A DNA stretch of 64,000 bases from Octopus sinensis. Lineage: Eukaryota. Of the stretch, positions 39,576-52,015 are shown in pieces (within the stretch, counting starts at the first letter, position 1; each line of letters opens with the position of its first letter). Both the position numbers and the translations under genes were made by a program. The notes below the pieces were generated by a model. That model saw only the letters and a list, made by a program, of their open reading frames with translations. It was not told the origin of the DNA and made no database searches. The stretch lies in contig NC_042999.1 in NCBI RefSeq assembly GCF_006345805.1, forward strand, positions 119,102,001 to 119,166,000, read 5' to 3'.

Positions 39576-39976
39576 ATTTTACTTTTTATTGGTTTTAGTC
39601 ATTGGACTGCAGTCATGCTGGTGCCACTGCCTTGGAGAGTTTAGTTAAACAAATTTACCCATTTACTTATTATTTTACAGTCTGGTACTTATTCTATTGC
39701 AATTTTTACTGAATTGCTAAGTTATAAGGATGTAAATAAACCAGCACCGGTTGTCAAGTGATGGTGGAAGAACAAACAGAACCCCCCCACCACAAACACA
39801 CACACACACTCACACATATGGTGGGCTTCCACACAGTTTCTGTCTACCAAATTCACTCAAGACATTGGTTGATCTGGAACTATAATAGGCAACACTTGGC
39901 CAAAGTGACATACAGTGGGACTTAACCTGAAAGCTTGTGGTATCAGTGAGCTTCTAAACCACTAAGACATGCCTGC
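39576..39976 (-). mobile_element. SINE family A, full length, diverged
   Basis: All family A segments are present in reverse orientation. Confidence 0.88.
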
Positions 39977-39987
39977 AAAGCAAATCC

Positions 39988-40422
39988 AGTGGTTGTGTGG
40001 TAAGAAAATTGCTTCCTAACCACATGGTTCTAGGTTCAGTCCCACTGCATGGCACCTTGGGCAGGTGTCTACTACTATAGCCTTGGGATGACCAAAGCCT
40101 TGTGAGTGGATTTGGCAGACAGAAACTAAAAGAAGCCCATCATTTCTCTCTCTCTCTCTCTCTACTTATATATATATATATATATACACATATACATATA
40201 CATATGTGTGTGTGTGTGTTTGTGTCTGAGTTTGTCCTCTCACCATTGCTTGACAGCCAATGTTTGTATGTTTACATCCTCATAACTTAGCAGTTCAGCA
40301 AAAGACATCAATAGAATAAGTCCTAGGCTTACAAAGAATATGTCCTGGGGTTGATTTCTTTGACTAAAACCCTTTCAGATGGTGCTTCAGCATGCCCACA
40401 TGTAAAAGAGTGAAAGAGTAAA
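39988..40422 (+). mobile_element. SINE family A, full length
   Basis: AGTGGTTGTGTGGTAAG...GGTTCAGTCCCACTG...GTAAAAGAGTGAAAGAG. Confidence 0.9.
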
Positions 40423-40934
40423 AATGTCCAGATTACAAAAGCACCGGAATGTAAAGTACACAAAATTTTCTGGTTTAGCAAAAAGTACATTCTATAATAG
40501 ATTGAATTAGATGGACCACTCAAAGAACTTTCAAGAAATATAACCAGTATATCCCAAAAATCTTATGATGCAGCTTCTAATATCACACAGTCCAAGTTTC
40601 TGTGAGATAAAAACATGTAGAAATGGCTAATGTTGATGAATAAGGGATCTTCTCTCGATACAAAAAATTGAATTTTGTTAGATATGTTAGATATATAGAA
40701 GAAATATAAATGTTTTAAGGTAATAAACCCTACTTACAGAAATCAAAGGATCAGCACAAATTGGAGAAGAGCAAGTTGAAAGTAACCTGTTCTCCATACA
40801 ATGCGAACTCATTAGGAAGGTTACTGGCAAGGAAAGGACAGAACTACAGATCTTAATAGGTATTGGTTTATATATATATATATATATACATGCATACATA
40901 TAAATATATATACACATATGAGAGAGAGAGAGGG

Positions 40935-41240
40935 TGAAAGATGGTTGGGCTGATACGTAGATGTGATGTGAAAAGATAATACTTGATTGATGGTAAATCC
41001 CTTAGCTCTGTGGTAGAAGTTACCTATAGAAGATGTAGATAAATAAAGAGATGGAATTGTTAGATAGAGTTGTGAGAAGACAGGACTTCATAGATCTCGT
41101 AAGACAGGATCGAGATTACTGGAAAGATGTATTACAGATCTATTTAATTCTGCCTAGCATAGACAAAAAAAAACACAAAAAAACTCTGCAAAAAACAAAA
41201 AAACAAGCTGGCACTAAAATGGTTATGGCAATGATGGTAA
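40935..41240 (+). mobile_element. Old RTE C-terminal fragment
   Basis: VVRRQD...QDRDYWKDVL carries the DRxxW motif. Confidence 0.45.
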
Positions 41241-42596
41241 TAGAAATAAACATACATATATATACACATCCATATATGCACATGTGTATACATGTATGTA
41301 TGTATGTATGTATGTATGTATGTATATATGTATGTATGTATGTGTGTCTGTATGTAAGTTTGTATATGTGTTTGTGTGTGTGTATGTGAGTGTAGTATAT
41401 ATGTATATATATTTATCTATCTCGGCATATAAAATCAATAGATGAGAAAACTAATATAGGTGAAATGTTATCAGATAATTATCTGCATGATACATCACTT
41501 CTTCCCATGACTGAGTTCTATTACAGTTTTTACTGGAGTATAATATATCAGCATGTTACTGCTGAATGTGATAAACTAATATAACTGAGGTGTTGGTAAG
41601 GTTAGACTCACTGTTCTATGAAACAATTTTGTATAAAGGTTATATCACTGACTATATACTACAGACTTTTAACTATCTTGGCTGGTTGCTTCTTATCATC
41701 AATGTTTTGTGAGATGATATTTTCAATATCTGGATTTTTGTTCATTTTGTATAGTGTAAATCAAATTAAAATCTGAATTTGTCTTTCGTTAAAAAAAGGA
41801 AGAAAGAAAAAAGAAAGAAAAGAAGCGATAGAATATATATATATATATACACACACATATATATATACATACATACAAAAATATAAATAAATAAATTTAT
41901 ATATATATTCAATAGTTGTTGAGATGAGTGAAATATTGAACTCACCAGTTAAGTTTCTAAAATAAGAATTAATAAATAAATAAAAAAAATAATGCATCAA
42001 CAACAAAAAATTTAAGCAAATATGACATGAATAAATAAATCAACCTAAGCTAAAAATATTGTACTTACATCAAATAAGAGAAATCTTTTATTTTTCTTTT
42101 CTAAATTTATTTATTTATTCTAAGCTGATTTTTTCTAAAGGCTAATAAAAATTCCTATGATATCAAAATGGCTTTATCTAATTGGAAATGGAAGATAAAT
42201 ATTACAAAAGAATGGTGATTTTCGAAATTAGAAGCAGGAATGGTAAATGATTGCTGGTAGACTTGCAATAAAATCTTGGAATAAGAACAAGCTATCGTGG
42301 TCTAGTATTAGTTGTTATTCTGTTAGGACAATAATGATATGAGATTTTAACACAGAAGGTTTTATTGTAAGATATGACGAAGTTCCAAAATTATTAATGG
42401 AAGATTACCAAATTCTTCTTTCCCAACAGAACATATCCAGATATCTGATGGAAAAGAAATTTATGAAAATAAAATGAAATAACATGAAATGAATTAAATA
42501 AAAGCTTGCCTGAGCCATAATAGATAATACAAATTTCCAATAGAAATATGAATATGTGCATCCACATACATACATACATATACAATATACATACAC

Positions 42597-42631
<35 letters not shown>

Positions 42632-42665
42632 TGTATGTATGTATGTATGTATGTATGTATGTATG

Positions 42666-42732
<67 letters not shown>

Positions 42733-42760
42733 TATATATATATGTATGTATGTATGTATA
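42597..42760. repeat. (TATG)n(TA)n microsatellite
   Basis: Direct reading. Confidence 0.96.
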
Positions 42761-43237
42761 TGTACTGGCAGACACAGACACACACACACACATATATGGT
42801 TTCATATATGTAATATAGTATAGAAACCTTTAACCGAGATTATTCAAGCAATTAGTAGACAAAAAGTATATACAACAGTGTTTAAAATCTATCAAAGAAA
42901 AAAAAACAAAAATAATATTAAGGGTGATAAGATCAGTTGATTGAAATTTTTCAATAATACAGACACTATAGATTGCTGTGGAGCTGGATTTTAAAACCAA
43001 CTGGTGAAAATAACAGACATGTTTTTATTTAACAAGACCTCAGCAGTGAATATTCTAATCAATTGGCAAGACTAAGAATGATTAATAAATCTAAAAGATG
43101 AGGGAATATAATGATGTTGAAAACAGTGTAAAAGTCTTATCCTGGATCCATCATGAATTATGCCAATGCTAGTGGGGCTTTTAATACCCACCCCCAAATA
43201 ACCCCCAACAACTACAAAGAATAAAATAATATCCCTT

Positions 43238-43620
43238 GGCAGGCATATCTGTGTGGTAAGAAGTCTGCTTCTCAACAACAAGGTTTTGGGTTCAGTCCCA
43301 CAAGTGTCTTCTACTATAGACTTCAGCGTACCAACGCCTGGTGAGTTGATTTTTGTAGGCAAAACCTCAAAGAAGCCCATCATGTGTATATCTGTGTGTG
43401 TGTGTATGTGTCTTTGTCTTTATATTCCACTACTGCTTGATGACCAATATTGATGTGTTTATATCCCTATAACCAGTAGTTCAACAAGAGAGACCAATAA
43501 AATAACTATGAGGCTTAAGAACATAAATACAAGTGTTAATTTGTTTGACTAAAATTCTTCAAGGTTGTCTCCCAACATAGCCACTGTCTAATGACAGAAA
43601 CAAGTAAAAGATAAAAGATA
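43238..43620 (+). mobile_element. SINE family A, diverged
   Basis: Head GGTTCAGTCCC, body CAAGTGTCTTCTACTATAG, tail GAAACAAGTAAAAGATAAAAGA. Confidence 0.85.
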
Positions 43621-43906
43621 AATACATACATACATACATACATACATGCATACATACATGCATTCATATATATACATACATATACATATACATACACACA
43701 CACACACACATATACACATAAAGTATGGGGGTTTAGTTCACAGGTGATCTAAATGATAAGGTATGCTAGGTAAGTGCTGTAACGGATTACTAGGGATCCA
43801 AGGTTATAGCCGAGATGGTAGTTATGGAGCCATCGTAGATTTTCAAAGCAATGGATATACAATTGTTAAACAGGACAGCAAACATTCAGGCATTTTTTCC
43901 CTATTT

Positions 43907-43962
43907 GTCTCTGATGACGAAATATCTCATACTCATGGATATCCCAGAAACAGCTGTAAGAT
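43907..43962 (+). ncRNA. Minimal type I hammerhead ribozyme motif
   Basis: gtct-CTGATGA(43911-17)-stem II atatc.cat/atg.gatat-GAAA(43947-50)-cagctg-TA-agat. Canonical core, palindromic stem III ACAGCTGT, predicted GUA cleavage after 43958. The base of stem II is mismatched. Confidence 0.7.
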
Positions 43963-44195
43963 TTTGAATTTTTCCAATAATAATATTGTATATGACATGA
44001 GATGTTTGCCTTGCCTTAATGTTTGCTGTCCTGTTTAACAATTATATATATATATATATAACAATTACATATATATATATATATATACAGACAACCTTAC
44101 TTTTAGTTGTAAAAAATTATTACCTTTGTACGGTATTTATTCCCATGCTGGCCACTTGATAATATCGATATTTAAATATTGATATTATCCTTATT

Positions 44196-44239
<44 letters not shown>

Positions 44240-44589
44240 ATATTATATATATATATATAAAATTTGTTTATTTGTTTAAGGTTCACTTTGTCATGCTTGC
44301 ATTGGTTGCATGAATATGTTATTTGAGAAATTGTTTTACAGTTCAGAGCCATTTCTCAATTAAAATTCCTCTATTTTACATGGCTTTGAAGGCACAATGT
44401 TCTTGGATAACTTGTTGACTTGCCATACTTTTGAACAAACACTTGCAGATCTAGATAAATGTGTAGGCATACACACATGCACATATACATATGCATATAT
44501 GTACAGACACACTTACAAGCATACATACATTCATAGTACATACATAGTGCAGCCCTTGGAGTTCCAAGATGCTCTCTAAATGCAAATTA

Positions 44590-45262
44590 GGCCATATTTC
44601 TGTGGAAAACATCACACATGTGATTAGCAGGTGCCCAAAAATGTCATTAAGGTTCTACCTCCCTGTGCAACATGATGCTGTTGCAAAAAACAATATACAA
44701 AGCCATTTGGAAAAAAGAGTGTCTTAGAATAAATATAGAGAATCTCCCTTTTATTGAATATGTACACAAACATGAATACAAAAAATACTGGTAGAACATT
44801 CCCATTGAACCTTCTGTCAAATGTAGACATAACTAGCCAGATACTGTTGTTTGGGACTGACAAGTAAAAGTATGTACCATCATAGAGGTCAGCTGGCCTG
44901 CTGATGTGAATATCTCTGAAAATCAAAGAGAATGAAGATAACTATGGACAGCTGCTTCGAAACCTTCAGTTTCTATATTTGGATTACAAATTTACATTTA
45001 TACCAATAACAATTGAAGCACTAGGTTTTGTAAGTAAATGCCTAACTGTCAGTCTGGATAAGCTTGGATTTTCAGAAAAAGAAATCAACCACCTAACTTG
45101 CACATTACAAATACAATCTGTATGCGGTACAGTAAAACTATGCAAGACTCTTATAATGTTTAAAATGAGAAATTGTTTGCATTATCTACATTCCAAAGAT
45201 GGAACTTTGCATCTTCTTTAGAAACCAGCTCCTTCTTCAGAGGAAGAATTTTAATGATTAAG
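44590..45262 (+). mobile_element. R4/Dong-like retrotransposon 3' end (RLE domain + 3' UTR)
   Basis: ADVNISLKIKENEDNYGQLLRNL...FIPITIEALG...GTVKLCKT. Clear nucleotide similarity to the reverse complement of 2760-3100. Confidence 0.85.
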
Positions 45263-46539
45263 TACAGAAGAGACACACATACATAAATATATACATACAA
45301 ATATGCAACCATACATGCATATACATTCATAGTCATTTTGCAGTTTCTACAGTAAAGGTTAGTATGAGTTAATAGTATACTGGCGACTTGCAATTTATAT
45401 AAAATGTTGATGTTAAAGTTTAGCACAAGTTAATAGTATACTGATGACTTGTGATTCCTATAAAATGTGTCCATAAAAATATCTGTGACAATTAATTGCA
45501 AGGATAAACTGTCTCTAAACTTTCTTCAGGGTAAAACATGTAAAAAGGCTACCTGATCATAAAATTTAGCAAAGGAACCAAATAAAAGCAATGCTATTAA
45601 ATAGGTAAATAAGATGCTCTATTTCTTCAGTATTTTGTTTATTAAAGTTAGATGATATGGATATTTTTCAGAATAAAATAATATTCACAGAATAAGCAAT
45701 CTATCTATTTTCAAAGCAGAAACCACCAAGAGAGCAAGCAATCTAAAAACCTGTGTTGTTTTTCAAGAAGAAAAAAAAATACCATACATAGAAATTTCAG
45801 GAAGTAAATCTTTTACAAAGCTCATTAGCATAAGAGTTTTGAGCATACCATTTCACAGCATGGAGCATAATTGAGTTTTACTCTTTTTAACTTACTGAAT
45901 GCACATTCATCACAGAATTGCATGAATGCTAAACTAAGAATAAATTTGAGTATGCAGATGCATGCTATGAATAATTATATAGGATATAGAAAAAGTAAAG
46001 AATTCTTACACGACTTTACGGAAATGCAATGTGAACTTGAATTTATAACAGGATGTGTTTGAAGTATGTTTGACTCTGATTCTAAAGGTCTGTTGCAAAT
46101 ACTTCATTCAAAGATTTTGAAGTGCAGTCAAAGTTTAAGATAAAAGAGTACAATCTTTTGCAGAATTTTTGTTTGACCAGACTTAGATGATTTCAGATGT
46201 TTGCCAGTACTTCTGATGATAAGGAATTTTTCTAGAGTTCCCCTAAAGGATGTGTATCAAAACATGCTATATCTTTTATGACTTCACAGTTGTTCAAAAA
46301 TTGCTCACCAATACTCATGATGATTTGGTCAGTTACTCAATGAAACACTTCTGCCATGTAGTAATTTACTGGATGATCAATTCTTTGCTCTTTTTTGAGT
46401 TTAGTTGTCATTTATTTATTTATTTATTTATTTATTATGTTGCTCTGTTTGTAGTTCGACAATTGCTGTGTTGTCTTAACATTTTATGCTTTCATTCTGT
46501 GGATCCCCACTTCATTTGATGAAGTGCATTTTCTTTTGA

Positions 46540-46700
46540 TGCAGGTATGTCTATATGTCTAAGAAGTTTGCGTTCCAACCACATGGTACGGTTTCAATCC
46601 AACTGCTTGGCACCTTGGACAAGTGTCTTCTACTATACCTCCTTCTAACCAAAGCCATGTTAATGGATTTCCTTGATGAAAACTGAAAGAAACCAATTGT
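46540..46700 (+). mobile_element. SINE family A, 5' half
   Basis: CCAACCACATGG...GGCACCTTGGACAAGTGTCTTCTACTATA...AACTGAAAGAA. Confidence 0.8.
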
Positions 46701-46734
46701 AGACACATACACCCACACACGCACATATGTACAT

Positions 46735-47372
46735 ATGTATGTATGTATGCATGTATGTATGTATGTATGTATGTGTGTGGGTGTATATGTGTGTGTGTAT
46801 GTATGTGTGTGTGTATGTATGTATGTGTGTATGTGAGTATATGTATGTATGTACATGCATATGTATGTATGCATGTATGTATGAATGCATGTATGTATGT
46901 ATGTATGTGTGTGTGTATGTATGTATGTATGTATGTATGTATGTATGTATGTATGTATGTATGTATGCAGGCTATTATTCAGTTTTATTTCAAGATTTCT
47001 TTCCAATAGAGAAGGAGCCAGCTTCTAACTCTGATCCAAAGCTCCTTCACTGGAATTTCAACAATATCAACATTGTATTTTTGCATGTATGTGTGTATGT
47101 GTGCAGTTTTGGGATTCAGTGCATGTGCAGATTTGTTTTGTTTGATATGTGTATTCTCATATATATATTGCATATCTAAACATGCACATTGCACATATAT
47201 ATTTCAATAATAAACTTCTCTATGTATGTATGTATGTATGTATGTATGTATGTATGTATGTATGTATGTATGTTTGTATGTATGCGTGTATGCATGTATG
47301 CATGTATGCATGTATGTATGTATGTATGTATGTATGTATGTATGCATGTATGCATGTATGTATGCATGTATG
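46735..47372. repeat. Two interrupted (TATG)n arrays (46735-46966 and 47221-47372)
   Basis: Direct reading. Confidence 0.93.
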
Positions 47373-47604
47373 TTTCTATACATGTATATGCTTCTATCTT
47401 CTTACCTTGACAAAGTGTGATTGTTGTAAATGAGAACCACTTGTCATTCAAGTGGGTCTCTTTATTTCCAGTTTTCTGTAAAAGCATGTCCACACCTGAG
47501 AAAATAATATCTTGCTTGGAAACAAGTGCTTCCTAGCAACAGGAAGGGTATCCATCCATCAAAAATTAACTGCCTTAACATATTCCATCTAACCAAGGCA
47601 AGAT

Positions 47605-47990
47605 ATTCTTTTCTACTCTAGGTACAAGGCTCGAAATTCTTGGAGAGGGGGCCAGTGGATTAGATCGTCCCCAGTACGCAACTAGTACTTAATTTATTCA
47701 CCCCCAAAGTCGACCTTGGCAGAATTTGAACTCAGGATATAAAGACAGACAAAATACCTATTTCTATTTCTTTACTACCCTAAACACAGAGGAGACGAAC
47801 AAGGACAGACAAACGAATTAAGTCGATTATATCAACCCCAGTGCATAATTGGAACTTATTTAATCGACCCCGAAAGGATGAAAGGCAAAGTCAACCTCAA
47901 CAGAATTTGAACTCAGAACATTGCGGCAGACAAAATACTGCTAAGCATTTCACTTGACGTGCTTACATTTCTGCCAGCTCGTTGCCTTAT
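47605..47990 (-). mobile_element. Dimeric SINE family B
   Basis: Two tandem monomers, each containing CCCCAGT...ACTTA.TT.AT...CAAAGTC.ACCT...CAGAATTTGAACTCAG. tRNA-like head at the 47990 end. Confidence 0.85.
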
Positions 47991-48284
47991 GGAAAGGAGA
48001 TATTAAAATAGTGATGGTGATGCCTACCTATTCTTTCTGTTATATATATATTTTTTCCATCAGTGATGGCATTCTACTGATGAAATACGTTGATTACTAA
48101 AAGCAAAAATTTATAATTGGGACTAATAACTTAGCTGTTTTTGCAAAACATTTTAATATTATATGGATTGATTACATTTTTGAGAGCTAGGTATTTTTCG
48201 AGCACTTCTCATACATTTTATCCATCTTCAAAAAATGAGCACTTATAAAGATTTCTAAATATAAACATTTTAAGCATAGAACTA

Positions 48285-48505
48285 TTGGTTTCAAATTTTG
48301 GCACAATACCAGAAACATCAAGTAAGTGGGTAAGTCGATTAGATAGACCCCAGTATTCAACTGGTACTTAGTTTATCAACCCCAATAAGATGAAAGGCTA
48401 AGTCAACTTTGATGGAATCTGAACACAGAATGTAAATACATGCGAAATGTTGCTACTCATTTTGCCCAGCATACTTTCATTCAATTCTGCCACCTTGTCA
48501 CCTTT
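48285..48505 (-). mobile_element. SINE family B, diverged monomer
   Basis: TGGTTTCAAATTTTGGCACAA...CCCCAGTATTCAACTGGTACTTA; homologous to 24370. Confidence 0.8.
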
Positions 48506-49477
48506 ACAAACGTAGAAATATTAACATTAATTGATTTGAAGTTTGAAGGTACTAAGGTATTAATTGTAACTTTATCATGGCAGAAATCCCAGAATTGAAA
48601 ATTAGAGCTCTAGTAACTAAAATCTGACCCCACTTAGATCAGATGATGTACTCTGAATATTAGCCAATCAGTTTGCAGAAACATCACCCCATATCAGAGA
48701 ATGTGCTATCATGCTCAAGATGTTCCCTGTGAATAGGGGTAATATAAGCAAAAGTGCACCAGAATCAGCACAGAGGTTTGAGAAAGTTCCAGAGAAGTTA
48801 AATGAAAACAGGATTCTTGGTCCCTGCTCAATCTGTATTTAAAAAATTACTTCATCTTCAATGTAATTTTCTAAGCATGTACCATGAACACAATGTCTTC
48901 ATCTCTCACCACACAAATAAATAGCCAGCCAGTTCTTAGTCAAAACAAATCAGAGTACTTAAGAAGAGAAAATTACTTGGTCACAGCTCAATCTTGGGTT
49001 AAAGGAATTGTCAGCCAGGAAGAACAGAATATTTTTCCTGCCTCTCTCTACTTCTAGCCCAATACACTACTGATAAGCATCTCTATAATTATGTAAATAT
49101 TGTGATATACTTCTGTAAAAATAAGTGTTAACCAAACAGGTTTGAAGATGAGTTTATTATGAGACAGCACGCAGCTTAGCATCATACTAACATAACAATA
49201 CACATTTAATCATATCCACAGCACCCAAATCACATGGCCAAGGACATGAAGTGTATATAACCTTATTTTATAGTTAAGTCTAAAATAGCTAAAAATCATG
49301 AAAAGTCATGAATAATAAAAGTCTGTGAAACATTGTTTATTGATAAAATAAACTGTTTTATTGAATTTTTAATTGCAAACACGCCTCAGTTGACTACTTA
49401 TTTTTTTAAATATTTAATGAACAAATTGATATTAATCATTTGAATGATATATGTATGTACGCTGTATGTGTGTGTGA

Positions 49478-49770
49478 AGATATGTGGCTGAGGGGTTAAG
49501 GTGTTGCACTCACAATCACAAGATCGTGGTTTCAATGTCAGAACAGGGAGGTATTATACATTGTATTCTTGGGCAAAACACTTCACCTCACACAGCTGTA
49601 AATGAGCTAACCTGCGATAGACTGGCGTCCTGTTTAGGTCAAATATCAATAACTCAGTCCCTTATATGCCATAGGTGAGTCCACCTAATTTAAGAACTAC
49701 AATGATACAAGAAAGCACATTATGACCAACGGCATATAACAACATTCAGTTGTCTGGTTAATACAGTAAT
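49478..49770 (+). mobile_element. tRNA-headed SINE-like relic
   Basis: GTGGCTGAGGGGTTAAGGTGTTGCACTCACAATCACAAGATCGTGGTTTCAAT, then CTTGGGCAAAACACTT. Confidence 0.55.
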
Positions 49771-50627
49771 ATGTACGTATGTGTGTGGTGGAGATTCAAA
49801 ACCTTGTAGCAAGTCAAGAGAGCTATTTTTGTTACCGTGTTGTAGCACAGTTGTGCTATGGCAACTCTAACCAATCAGGGCTGGACATGTATTAATGCCA
49901 AAAGCAGTTCTCTGCACAAGAAGAGAGATGGGTGTTTTAACCAGTTAGCAGAAAAATAGCAGACAAGCAACATTGCTTCTTCAGCATGGGAACAGCCTCT
50001 TTGTTTTTCACACCAACTTTGCACTGCCAGTTCTGAATTATAACAGCCCTCAGTTTTGATCACATCATGAGCAGTATATTTTCAAATCTTTCACTGACTC
50101 ATGCACATACGCAGCTACTCTCATATTACTTGTCAGCTCTTGATATCCTTTAATAAATCAAAATATTTTGTATAAAAATGCCTAATATTTTCATTACACA
50201 TGCTTCTCAAAAGCTCCCTTAGGTGAGAACCAGGTGAGTTGAGCCAAAAGGAGAGCTGATCCATCCCCTAGAACTACCACTTGCATTCCATAAAGAAAAG
50301 TTCAAACACCCTCTGTTGGTCACATATCTTTCTTTTCAGTTAAGGCAAATAGTTACATAACAACTCTGGAGACATGAGGGGAAGGAAGAACTCTAAATTG
50401 CTCAAGAAAGTGGATTTCAGAGTTAGAGGTAAAATCCTTTCTATCATTTACCTAGGGACAGTTATTTCTATGGTATTGTAGGCAACATGTAGCCTATGCA
50501 TTGTAGATTTTGATTGAATTTGATACAATTGCTTTGAAGTGAGGCAAAGTACATGTCAAAATGGCCAACCTGAGGGAGAGATGAGCCATTGATCATTAGG
50601 AGACTAGATCCATGGCTCACCTGTCCT

Positions 50628-52000
50628 TTTCTCTAAATTAAGATACCAATAGCATCAATAATCGAAATATATAAGCTGGGGAAGATACGGACGGTCATGA
50701 TGCTGAGAGAATCGAAGGATATGGAAATCAGGCATAAGCCACCAGAGGTGAAAGCAGCCAGGAAGTGGAAAGCAGAAGCAGAAACTGACAACATCTTGTC
50801 TTCTCTTATACACAGAGATATGGTGGGAGCAACGCATAACCATCGGAAAGGACTTGGTTTTGGTGCAGATCAGTTCAGACCGTTTGCAAGCATGATGCGG
50901 AGTGAACACAGATCTGTTGTTAGCAACAGAATCAAAACAAGAGAAGCAGAGAAAAGAGAGCTTCATTTGATCCGATGTTTTCATCAAGGTCAGATGACGA
51001 GATGGGAAGAACATGTTGAGAGGAAGATAAGTTGGGAGTAGATATGGAAGTGGACGACATCTCAGCTGAGTTTCCTGATTCATTCATCTTATGATGTTTT
51101 GCCATCACCTACGAATCTAGTAAGATGGAACGTCTCAGAGAATGACATCTGCAAATGCGGAAGGGTTGGTACACTGAAACATATTCTTTCCAACTGTTCA
51201 TTAGCATTGAACAGGTATACATGGAGACACAACTTGGTCCTTAAGGTTATCTTCAATGCTATAAAGAACCAAATTCATCTCAACAACACTGAGAAAAAAA
51301 CTGTTAAAAGTACCATCTAGAGATTTTGTTACCTTCGTGCGACCAGGTCAGCGGATCCGTTTCAAGAAGAAGATCAAGAAACTTCCTGTGAGAGATGAAA
51401 AGTGGAACGGCTATTGGGAGGTAACTGTAGATTTACCTGGGTGCCAGGTTTTCTTTCCCATCCCAATTACGAAAAAACCAGATATTTTGATGTGGTGTGA
51501 AAGAAAGAAAGTTGTAAATATAGTCGAGGTAACGGTTCCTCGGGCTCGAAAATTTAACCGTTATGTAAACCTCCTCAAGGAATGTGAAGATGCAGGCTGG
51601 AAAGTGGAACATTTTCCAATCAAAGTCGGATGTAGAGGGTTCGTTGGACACAGTGTGAGACAACTGTTGTTATCGCTAGGCCTAACTCATTGTAAAGTCA
51701 ATACCACCATGACTGATATCCAATCTACAGTGGAGAAGGCTAGCCACTGGATTTGGTTAAAAAGAGATGATGTGCGATGGCTAGAAGGATATTGAGCTTA
51801 ATTTGATAACCAGCTGATCTAGCAAGCGGGGCCTCATATCAGTGAGGGGGGGGGGGGCGGTGCGCATTGATGCCATCGAGAGGTAGGCCCTGAAACAGTG
51901 TGCATTCTCTCCTGATGACCCCATACACTTGCTGGCTTCCAGTATACGGAGCTTTTGACTGGTAGCACTTGCATGTGCAAGTTGTTTGCAAGACATATAC
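50628..52000 (+). mobile_element. 5'-truncated HERO-like (RLE) non-LTR retrotransposon
   Basis: MMLRESKD...RKWKAE...GLGFG...QGQMTRWE...RKISWE; YDVLPSPTNLVRW...CKCG...HILSNC...RYTWRHN; KPDILMW...EVTVP...RKFNRY...PIKVGCRGF...EKASHWIWLKRD. This is a zinc knuckle followed by a PD-(D/E)xK endonuclease. Confidence 0.88.
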
Positions 52001-52015
52001 ATATTTTTTCAGACG

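Noticed and set aside
48600-48900. Short open frames vaguely like a hAT C-terminus or an exon
   Set aside because: No diagnostic motif could be matched.
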